A stretch of 64,000 nucleotides of DNA, from positions 17,294-81,293 of the forward strand of contig JBAXLI010000008.1 in the NCBI GenBank assembly GCA_037134895.1. The letters run 5' to 3'. Position numbers and translations under genes: made by a program. Positions within the stretch are counted from its first letter, which is position 1; every line of letters starts with the position of its first letter. The notes under the pieces are model-generated. The model saw nothing but the letters and a program-made list of their open reading frames with translations. It did no database searches and was not told the origin of the DNA. This DNA comes from Bacteroidota bacterium. GTDB taxonomy: Bacteria; Bacteroidota; Bacteroidia; Bacteroidales; FEN-979. Positions 18,683 to 26,233 of the stretch are shown piece by piece.

Positions 18683-20071
18683 CTAAAACTGCTCAAGCAG
18701 CTTGTTCAGCCTTGTTTTCTGGCTCAGGACCATAAAAATAGACTGCATGTAGTTATTGTTCGCGGTGAGAAACTGTGAGTACCTCTGGTTGAGGTCAGTA
18801 CTTGAAGAAAGCCCCTGGCGGTACTTCGTCATAGTTTTAGTATAAATCTTCATGGCGATGTCAAATCCTTTCTTCTGGTTGAGGTAGATCGCATAGGCAT
18901 TACTGAAATCTTTCTTCGCAGTTTCAACCTGTAATTCAAGCCCCACCCTCATCTTCTCATCGGTAACCTTGGTTTTTTCAACGTTCAGTCTTGCCTGGTC
19001 AACCGCATATTTTCTGCTGCCGCTGCTCCAGATGGGAACTGTAAGCGAGATCCCCCAGCTTGATGTTTTATACCATGGATAGTGATAGTCGGTAAAATTC
19101 CATTCTTCTCTCTGGGCGGAGGTTGAGATGCCGATATAACCTCCAAGTGACGGCTGATAGGCAGTCTTCGAAAGCTTGTATTGCATGAGGACCAGGTAAT
19201 CGCTCTTTTTAAGTAAAGTGTAATCGATATTCCTGGTATAATCAAAAGCCTGATTCACTAAAACGTCGCGGTTTACCTGCGCGAGAAAATAATCCAGGTT
19301 GTTTGTAAGTATAAGCTCCTGCTCATCTTTCAAACCGATCACGAACTTCAGGTTTGCATAGGCGATATTACGGCTGCTCCTGACATCGGTAAGCTGGGCT
19401 TCCAGGTTGGATCGGTTCAGGTCGGCCTGGTCAACATCTATGTCTTCAATAAGCCCCTGGACCTGGGCTGCTTTTGCCTCTTCAACAAGCCTGCTTACCA
19501 CTACATATGTGGAGTCAAGGATCTTGATCGCCTCATCGGTCACAAGTAACTGGTAATATGCTGTGGCAACGATATCGCGGATGTCAACCTTGTCTTTCAG
19601 ATTCTTTTGCTTGGCGGTTTCAAGGTAAGCCTTGGCAGTCTGCAATCCAACAAGGTACTGTCCGCTGTAGATCAGCTGGGTCAGCTGCAGGCCTGCGTTG
19701 ATATTATATTTCATGCCAAACTGCATGTCGAGATAATCAGGAGCCTGTGCATACTTCACCGGGTCCATCGCTTTCAGGAAGTTAGGTAACACCGAAGTGG
19801 GAAGGCTCAGGTAATCAACATATGATGCACTTCCGTTGATCTGTGGAAGCCCGATTGCGGTGTTCTGCTTGACCATTTTGCCAGCGATTGTAACATCAGT
19901 TGCCGAATTCTTGAGGTCGTAATTATTCTCAAAAGCAAATTCCTGGGCCTGCTGCAGAGAGAATGAAACCACTGTTTTTTGCTTCACCCGGCTCTGGGCA
20001 GCCAGGTATGTAGTATGACAAGTCAGCAACACCAATACGATGCACCAAAGTTTATTGAAAGTGAAGTACAT
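18683..20071 (-). CDS. TolC-family outer-membrane efflux protein
   Basis: 462 aa with a signal peptide and the duplicated alpha-helical/beta-barrel repeat typical of OEP/TolC (..YLETAKQ.., ..LNRSNLEAQL..). It is convergent with the RND pump. Confidence 0.8.
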   Translation of the reverse strand: MYFTFNKLWCIVLVLLTCHTTYLAAQSRVKQKTVVSFSLQQAQEFAFENNYDLKNSATDVTIAGKMVKQNTAIGLPQINGSASYVDYLSLPTSVLPNFLKAMDPVKYAQAPDYLDMQFGMKYNINAGLQLTQLIYSGQYLVGLQTAKAYLETAKQKNLKDKVDIRDIVATAYYQLLVTDEAIKILDSTYVVVSRLVEEAKAAQVQGLIEDIDVDQADLNRSNLEAQLTDVRSSRNIAYANLKFVIGLKDEQELILTNNLDYFLAQVNRDVLVNQAFDYTRNIDYTLLKKSDYLVLMQYKLSKTAYQPSLGGYIGISTSAQREEWNFTDYHYPWYKTSSWGISLTVPIWSSGSRKYAVDQARLNVEKTKVTDEKMRVGLELQVETAKKDFSNAYAIYLNQKKGFDIAMKIYTKTMTKYRQGLSSSTDLNQRYSQFLTANNNYMQSIFMVLSQKTRLNKLLEQF

Positions 20072-20086
20072 TGCTTATACGGATTT

Positions 20087-20701
20087 TTATAAGTTCAGAT
20101 TTATTTTTTTTGTTTCATAATAGGCCAGTCCTATTTCGGTGGCTATACCACGGATGAAATTATCGATCATCACATCGAAAATCGTGCGGAAAGAAAATTT
20201 CTCGGCCGGGAAAAACTCAGGATTATGAAGATCCATCAACCGGCGGATATATAAACGGGAAACAAGTTCCACACTCAGATCGGTGCGGTACATGCCCTGG
20301 CTGATGCCTTTGGTCATATTGATCTGGATCTTCTGGAAGACAAAATCAATCCTTTCATCAACGTGCTTATGATAGATCTCGGGATAATATTTTTTCAGAT
20401 CAAAGGTCATTGACGGACTAATATCCCTGAAATGCTCACCTAACTCCTTGCTGACAGTGAGCAGTATGTCAATAGCATTAACACCATCAAAATTATATTG
20501 AGCAAATATTACTTCGAAACTCTGACGCTCCAGTTCCAGGAGCTTTTCAACAAGTTCATGCTTGCTCTTAACAAATTCATACAGCTTCTTCTTCGACAAA
20601 CCAAGATCTCTGCAGATATCATCTATGGAAACAGACCTGACTCCGTATTTGAAAAAGAGTTCCCTTACCCTTTCCAATATGTCTTTCAGTGTGTTATCCA
20701 T
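20087..20701 (-). CDS. TetR/AcrR-family transcriptional regulator
   Basis: 204 aa. HTH: YGVRSVSIDDICRDLGLSKKKLYEFVKSKHELV. It shares KKYYPEIY with the paralogue at 11164..11787 (RKYYPDLY). Confidence 0.8.
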   Translation of the reverse strand: MDNTLKDILERVRELFFKYGVRSVSIDDICRDLGLSKKKLYEFVKSKHELVEKLLELERQSFEVIFAQYNFDGVNAIDILLTVSKELGEHFRDISPSMTFDLKKYYPEIYHKHVDERIDFVFQKIQINMTKGISQGMYRTDLSVELVSRLYIRRLMDLHNPEFFPAEKFSFRTIFDVMIDNFIRGIATEIGLAYYETKKINLNL

Positions 20702-20845
20702 GATCCGAAGATAAAAAAAGAAACTTTATTTGAGGTTGCAAAGATAGGAATTTCCGGAATTGAGAAACAAAACACTTACAAAAAGTTTCTTTAAGATCCC
20801 TGCAGCCATTCATAGGAAAGCGGTAAATGCATGTTCCTGATTTAG

Positions 20846-20853
20846 TAATTTTG
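20846..20853 (+). promoter_or_regulatory. Match to the Bacteroidetes -7 promoter element (TAATTTTG) upstream of the M14 peptidase gene
   Basis: The motif lies 18 nt upstream of ATG 20872. Confidence 0.3.
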
Positions 20854-20871
20854 GCACATAAATAGAAACTG

Positions 20872-22707
20872 ATGAAGCGAGCAATATATATTCTCATTCT
20901 GAGCTTTGGATTTGTAACAGGGTTCGGTGAGCAGGACTGGCTTACCTGGTATGAACGTTCAGGAGGAAAAGAAACCCCCGGCTATCGTCAAACCGTTGAA
21001 TACTGCAAACGATTAGCGTCAGCTTCTCCCATGGTTCATTACTCAAGCTTCGGCAAGAGCGCGAGAGGGCTTGATCTTCCCCTGCTGATTGTCGACAGGG
21101 ACGGGCTCACCGACCCTGAAGCCATCCGCAGAAAAGGGAGGATCATACTTCTGCTGCAGGCATGCATTCATCCGGGTGAGAGTGAAGGGAAGGACGCAGG
21201 GTTGATGCTGGTCAGGGACATGGTCATTCCAGATGGAGGCAAGATTAAACATGAAGTTTCAAGGTATGGCCATCCGGCTACAGTCCCTGGAATGCAAAAA
21301 CTCCTTGACGGAGTTTCCCTTGTTTTTATCCCGGTCTTCAACGTTGACGGTCATGAACGTTTTGGTCCGTACAACCGGATCAACCAGAACGGTCCTAAGG
21401 AAATGGGCTGGAGGGTAAATGCCAATAATCTGAATCTGAACCGTGATTACCTCAAGGCCGAAACTCCTGAAATGAAGGCCTGGCTTAAGCTTTTTGATCA
21501 CTGGATGCCCGATTTTTTTATCGATACGCATACCACCGATGGTGCCGACTATCAGTATGTACTGACTTATCTCGTGGAGCTCTACGGCGATATGGATGAA
21601 GGCCTCACTTCATGGGCAAAGGATATGTATATACCCGAAATGAAGGAACATCTTTTAAACAGCGGGTTCCCGGCCTTTCCTTACGTGAATTTCAGGAAAT
21701 GGCATGATCCGAAAAGCGGACTTATCAGCAGCGTGGCGCCTCCCATGCTCTCGCAGGGGTATACAGCATACAGGAACCGCCCGGGCCTGCTTATCGAAAC
21801 ACATATGCTCAAGCCTTATGACAAACGCGTTGAGGGAACGTATGAATGCATTAAAACAAGTATGGAGATCCTGGGGAAACAGGGCAGGCAGCTTCAGAAA
21901 CTGGAAGAAGAGGCCGATCGTTTCCTGATTTCAGGGGAATTCCTGAAAACTCCTTTCCCGCTTCAGTTTGAAACCAGTATGAAAGACAGCGTAGTTGCCG
22001 ATTTTCTGGGGGTTGAGTACAAAGCAGTGAAAAGCGATATCAGCGGAGGGGAATGGATACAATACAGCAATATACCTGCTACTTTTAAAATACCTTATTT
22101 CTCCAAGGCCAGCCCTGTGGTATCAGTCAGTCTCCCGTACGCTTATATCATCCCTGCCGAGTGGAAGGAGATCATTACAACCCTGGAGCTTCATGGAGCA
22201 ATTGTGCATCTGACAAGGCGGGATACGGTCATCAGCATACAGACATATAAATTCAAAAACCCGAAATGGCAGCAGAATCCTTACGAAGGGCATCATGTGA
22301 TGACGAACATCGAATATGATGAGATCACTGAATCCCGCCTGATCCCGCGAGGTTCCGCTGTTGTGGTGCTGAACCAGCAATGCGGGAGGATCATCCCGCA
22401 TTTCCTTGAACCCAAAGGCAGCGGGTCTATGCTCTACTGGGGCTATTTTGATGCAGTGTTCGAACAGAAGGAATATGCCGAAAATTATGTGCTTGAGCAG
22501 CTTGCGGTTAAAATGCTGAACGATAGTCCGGCCCTTGGAATAGAATTTACAGCAAAAAAAGCAGCCGATACTTCCTTCGCGAAATCCCCCCAGCAGATCC
22601 TGAACTGGTTTTATTACCGCTCGCCATACGCCGACAGCCGTAAGGGAATTTACCCGGTGGCAAAAGTCGATGACAAGAAGGTGCTGGATGTCATGCTGAA
22701 ACAGTAG
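20872..22707 (+). CDS. M14-family zinc carboxypeptidase-like protein
   Basis: 611 aa with a signal peptide, an HxxE zinc motif (CIHPGESEG) and NVDGHERF / NLNRDY motifs typical of M14. Confidence 0.7.
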   Translation: MKRAIYILILSFGFVTGFGEQDWLTWYERSGGKETPGYRQTVEYCKRLASASPMVHYSSFGKSARGLDLPLLIVDRDGLTDPEAIRRKGRIILLLQACIHPGESEGKDAGLMLVRDMVIPDGGKIKHEVSRYGHPATVPGMQKLLDGVSLVFIPVFNVDGHERFGPYNRINQNGPKEMGWRVNANNLNLNRDYLKAETPEMKAWLKLFDHWMPDFFIDTHTTDGADYQYVLTYLVELYGDMDEGLTSWAKDMYIPEMKEHLLNSGFPAFPYVNFRKWHDPKSGLISSVAPPMLSQGYTAYRNRPGLLIETHMLKPYDKRVEGTYECIKTSMEILGKQGRQLQKLEEEADRFLISGEFLKTPFPLQFETSMKDSVVADFLGVEYKAVKSDISGGEWIQYSNIPATFKIPYFSKASPVVSVSLPYAYIIPAEWKEIITTLELHGAIVHLTRRDTVISIQTYKFKNPKWQQNPYEGHHVMTNIEYDEITESRLIPRGSAVVVLNQQCGRIIPHFLEPKGSGSMLYWGYFDAVFEQKEYAENYVLEQLAVKMLNDSPALGIEFTAKKAADTSFAKSPQQILNWFYYRSPYADSRKGIYPVAKVDDKKVLDVMLKQ

Positions 22708-22709
22708 GT

Positions 22710-25094
22710 TTATGCGACTTCGATCCCTGTTTCGCCGGGGATGAACCTTCCAATCACTGAAGAAAAGTTAAAACCTTCTGCCGCAAGGGCTGCAACTGCC
22801 TCTTCAGCCTGCTCAGCGGGCAATGCAACCAGAAGTCCGCCTGAAGTCTGTGCATCGGCAAGAAGTATCTTCACCATTTCTGGCACTGAAGGTCTGCAAT
22901 GAAGAATGCTCCCTGCAAACTCGAGGTTGCTGATGGTCCCGCCGGGGATCATCCCTGCAACTGCATACTCCCATGCCGAACTCAGCAAAGGCAATTTTTC
23001 CCATTCCAGCAACGCCCTGAGCTCGCCTGCCGAAAGCATTTCTTTAAGATGTCCGAGCAAACCAAAGCCCGTCACATCGGTGCACGCATGTATATCATAG
23101 TTCATCAGAAGTTCGGCCGGCCGTTTGTTAAGAGCCGACATCACTTCAATCGCCTCCTTTGCCGATTCGGGGCTTGCAAACCCCCTTTTTACAGCAGTGC
23201 TTACAATCCCCGTCCCAATAGGCTTTGTAAGAAGCAATGCATCCCCGGCCCTGGGTGTGGAATTTCTCCAGATCCGGTCGGGATGCACTTCCCCGCTTAC
23301 AACGAAGCCGAATTTCGGTTCTTCGTCTTCAATACTATGACCGCCTAAGATCGGAATCCCTGCTTCAGCCGCTTTATCCGATGCTCCCCTGAGGATCTCC
23401 TGGAGCACTTCAAACGGCAGCCGTTTTTCGGGGAAGGCAACAATACTCAGTGCAAAAAGGGGCCGCCCTCCCATAGCCCAGATATCGCTTAGCGCATTCG
23501 CTGCAGCAATAGCCCCATAATAATAAGGATCGTCAACCACCGGGGGAATGAAATCGACTGTTTGTACCAGGGCGGTGTCCTCGCTTAAACGGTAAACGGC
23601 AGCATCATCAGAAGTCTCGGTCCCCACCAGTATATTTTTCCCGGCCGGGCGGGGAATGGTCTTCAATATCTTTTCAAGAGCCTGTGGCCTGATCTTGCAT
23701 GCACAGCCCAGTGAATGCGTGTATTCGGTTAATTTAATCGGTTTTAAACTGACTGCGGATGAGGGAGGGTTTTCATCACCTCCTGCCTGTTCCCCGCCTG
23801 GCGTGAGGCCTGGCTTTTCAGTCTTTTCAAACAGATGCAGGAGTTTCCCCGGGAGGGTCCTTCCGCTGATAATCTCAACCGCAAAGTCGATTTCTTCTTC
23901 AGTGCTCATCCTCCCTGTCGAAAACCTTATCGTACCCAGCGCATAATCACGGGGGACCTGCATTGCCAGTAAAACCTGTGAGATCGTTTCCAGCCCGGCA
24001 TGGCAGGCTGCCCCGGCCGAAGCTGCAAGTCCTCTCCAGTCATTCAGAAGGGCTGAAGCATCCTTTCCCCTGAACCCGAGGCTGAGCGTATTCGGAAGCC
24101 GTTTTTCGGGATGGCCGTTCAGCCTTGCATCGGGGAATGCCTGGAGAATACCATCGTGGAGGCGATCCCTCAGTGTTTGCAGGGGATTGGGGGTTGGGGA
24201 TTGGGGGTTGGGGATTGGGGGTTGGGGATTGGGGATCCGGTCTTCATTAGTAACTCGTAACTCTTCATTCGTAATTCGTAATTCGTAATTCGTAACTCGT
24301 AACTCGTCATTCGTCATTCGTAACTCGTAACTCCTAATTATCTCCGCCGATTTCCCCATGCCTGCAATGCCCATGATATTTTCAGTGCCTGCCCTGAGGT
24401 TCTGCTCATGCCCCGCCCCGTGAAGTATTTTACTGAGCTTTATCCCCCTGCGGCAATAAAGGGCTCCGACCCCTTTGGGTGCATAGAATTTGTGAGCCGC
24501 AACCGACAACAGGTCGGCGTTCATGGCAACCACATCTACGGGGATCTTCCCAACCGACTGTGCAGCGTCACAATGGAATACGATCCCGTGCTCTCTTGAG
24601 ATCCTGCCTATGTCTTCAACCGGCTGTATCGTTCCCACCTCGTTATTCGCATGCATGATGCTGGCAAGAATGGTATCGGGCCTGATTGCTTTTCTGAAAT
24701 CATCGGGATTTATCATCCCCTTTTCATCGACCGGAAGATAGGTGATCTCAAAACCCATGCCCGACAAAAACCGGCAAACCTCTGTTACTGCCGGGTGTTC
24801 AACCATGGATGTGATGATATGCCTGCCTTTCCCGGCATAGGCAAATGCATAGCCCTTAAGAGCAAGATTGTTCGATTCGGTTCCTCCTCCTGTAAGAATG
24901 ATCTCGTCGGGCCTTGCATTCAGTGCAAGTGCCAGCTCCCGGCGGCCAGCTTCGATTGCTTTCCGCGCTAGAATTCCGAATTCATGGGAACTTGAAGGAT
25001 TGCCGAAGAGTTCTCCCAAAAACGGTCTCATCTCCTCCGCAACCCGCGGGTCCAGGGGGGTGGTGGCATTATAATCAAGATATACTGCTTTCAT
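22710..25094 (-). CDS. selD: Fusion protein: NifS/IscS-like cysteine desulfurase (N-terminal) + selenophosphate synthetase SelD (C-terminal), interrupted in frame by a heptamer-array segment
   Basis: 794 aa. The N-terminal domain (MKAVYLDYNATTP...HKFYAPKGVG...SAGAACH) is class-V aminotransferase/NifS-like. The C-terminal domain (..LGCACKIRPQALEKIL.., ..GGHSIED.., ..DVTGFGLLGHL.., ..AQTSGGLL..) is SelD, with Cys rather than Sec at the active site. Residues [51 protein letters not shown] are encoded by repeat locus L3. Confidence 0.85.
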   Translation of the reverse strand: MKAVYLDYNATTPLDPRVAEEMRPFLGELFGNPSSSHEFGILARKAIEAGRRELALALNARPDEIILTGGGTESNNLALKGYAFAYAGKGRHIITSMVEHPAVTEVCRFLSGMGFEITYLPVDEKGMINPDDFRKAIRPDTILASIMHANNEVGTIQPVEDIGRISREHGIVFHCDAAQSVGKIPVDVVAMNADLLSVAAHKFYAPKGVGALYCRRGIKLSKILHGAGHEQNLRAGTENIMGIAGMGKSAEIIRSYELRMTNDELRVTNYELRITNEELRVTNEDRIPNPQPPIPNPQSPTPNPLQTLRDRLHDGILQAFPDARLNGHPEKRLPNTLSLGFRGKDASALLNDWRGLAASAGAACHAGLETISQVLLAMQVPRDYALGTIRFSTGRMSTEEEIDFAVEIISGRTLPGKLLHLFEKTEKPGLTPGGEQAGGDENPPSSAVSLKPIKLTEYTHSLGCACKIRPQALEKILKTIPRPAGKNILVGTETSDDAAVYRLSEDTALVQTVDFIPPVVDDPYYYGAIAAANALSDIWAMGGRPLFALSIVAFPEKRLPFEVLQEILRGASDKAAEAGIPILGGHSIEDEEPKFGFVVSGEVHPDRIWRNSTPRAGDALLLTKPIGTGIVSTAVKRGFASPESAKEAIEVMSALNKRPAELLMNYDIHACTDVTGFGLLGHLKEMLSAGELRALLEWEKLPLLSSAWEYAVAGMIPGGTISNLEFAGSILHCRPSVPEMVKILLADAQTSGGLLVALPAEQAEEAVAALAAEGFNFSSVIGRFIPGETGIEVA
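24182..24338. repeat. Heptamer array locus L3 (inside nifS-selD): class A x8, a 3-nt joint, class B x14
   Basis: Positions 24182..24237 alternate GGGGATT/GGGGGTT x8. Positions 24241..24338 hold 14 in-phase units (TCGTAAC/TCGTAAT/TCGTCAT/TCTTCAT variants). The region is read on the minus strand as part of the CDS. Confidence 0.95.
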
Positions 25095-26119
25095 AATGTT
25101 TCCTTGAATCTGAGCAAAATCTGACTTGCATGGTGGCGGGCATCGGAACCTTCAAGCCTGATGCCTGTGATATCCTTATTCTTCCGCTTATCTATTGCCT
25201 TCTGGTAAGCCTTGTCATAATATTCGAGAACGAAATCTGCAACCTCTGCGAAATCACCTTCTCCGAGTGCCTCCAGTGCAAGTTTCGAGCGGGAACCGCC
25301 GAGGCCATCATGTATCTTTATTATTGCTGCTGCAAGCATCTCTTTCGGGAAACATGAATATTCCTCAACCAGCCTGTCAATCCGCAGTGTCTTATCCATG
25401 AAAACCTGGATCATCCTGGCTTCGGAGATTTGTTCGAAAACCGGGGGAGGCAGCGCAACCCTGCCAATGCTGCGGCTCTCATCTTCAAGCCAGATCCTTT
25501 TTGTTAAATCCATGCCCGACCAGATCCTGTAAAGTTCATTCTCAAACTGCTCGTTGGTTGGCTGGGGCCTTTGTCCGAGAGCTCCAAACACCGATCCCTT
25601 ATGGGAAGCAAGATGTTCAAGGTCAATGACCTGTTCCCCTTTATCGGCCAGGGCTGCAAGAATCTCAGTCTTTCCGCAGCCTGTAAAACCTCCCAGCACA
25701 ATAATGTTCGCTTTTGCTGAAAATGAGTCCCTGATAAAATGACGGTATGCCTTGTATCCTCCCTCGAGCAGGATCACGCTATATCCTGCTTTCCTGAAGA
25801 CTTCGGCCATCATCTCGCTCCTCATTCCGCCTCTCCAGCAGTGTATGGCAAGTTTTTTTCCCTGTACTTCCTTTCTCACTGATCTGATATACCCTGAAAC
25901 TTTGGGAAGGGCAATATCCAGCCCTTTGAGAATGGCTTGTTCGCGACCCTGCTTATGGTATAAAGTCCCAATCACTGATCTTTCCTCATCATTGAACAGT
26001 GGGATGTTCATTGAACCTGGGATATGTCCCTCTGCAAATTCAGCGGGAGAACGAACATCCGCCAAACAGTATTCATCAGCAAGGGAGAGGAAAACAGCTG
26101 CACTCACTTTTTGTATCAT
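25091..26119 (-). CDS. selU: tRNA 2-selenouridine synthase (SelU/MnmH/YbbB)
   Basis: It has a rhodanese domain with CWRGGMRS and a P-loop GFTGCGKTE. There is a 4-nt overlap with the nifS-selD start. Start set at ATG 26119; the track's start at 26149 is TTG and remains possible. Confidence 0.8.
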   Translation of the reverse strand: MIQKVSAAVFLSLADEYCLADVRSPAEFAEGHIPGSMNIPLFNDEERSVIGTLYHKQGREQAILKGLDIALPKVSGYIRSVRKEVQGKKLAIHCWRGGMRSEMMAEVFRKAGYSVILLEGGYKAYRHFIRDSFSAKANIIVLGGFTGCGKTEILAALADKGEQVIDLEHLASHKGSVFGALGQRPQPTNEQFENELYRIWSGMDLTKRIWLEDESRSIGRVALPPPVFEQISEARMIQVFMDKTLRIDRLVEEYSCFPKEMLAAAIIKIHDGLGGSRSKLALEALGEGDFAEVADFVLEYYDKAYQKAIDKRKNKDITGIRLEGSDARHHASQILLRFKETL

Positions 26120-26233
26120 GGCAGGGATCCGGAATGTTTCGTTTTGCAAAGCTAATCAATCACAAATATATTATTATTAGTACTTTTATCCTCCTCAAAT
26201 CAGGCTTCGGAAGAGGCCGAATGTACTTCTGGC

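Noticed and set aside
18351-18735. Track ORFs lying in repeat loci (18351..18653, 18424..18735, 43307..43561, 43341..43571, 49607..49873, 49789..49995, 49805..50080, 43948..44175, 43969..44220) could be small proteins
   Set aside because: Class C and several class A/B unit variants contain no stop codon in most or all frames, so long ORFs arise automatically. The predicted peptides are pure periodic low-complexity sequence and overlap each other on both strands.
23600-23760. Possible selenocysteine (in-frame TGA) in the SelD active site
   Set aside because: The active-site motif reads GCACKI with Cys codons, and the reading frame is uninterrupted. There is no TGA recoding or SECIS-like requirement.
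24182-24338. The repeat segment inside nifS-selD could be an intron, an intein or an assembly chimera
   Set aside because: There are no intein splicing motifs and no group I/II intron structure. Both flanks belong to the same NifS domain in the same frame, and a second gene (the PPTase) shows the same kind of in-frame array. An assembly artefact cannot be fully excluded without reads.
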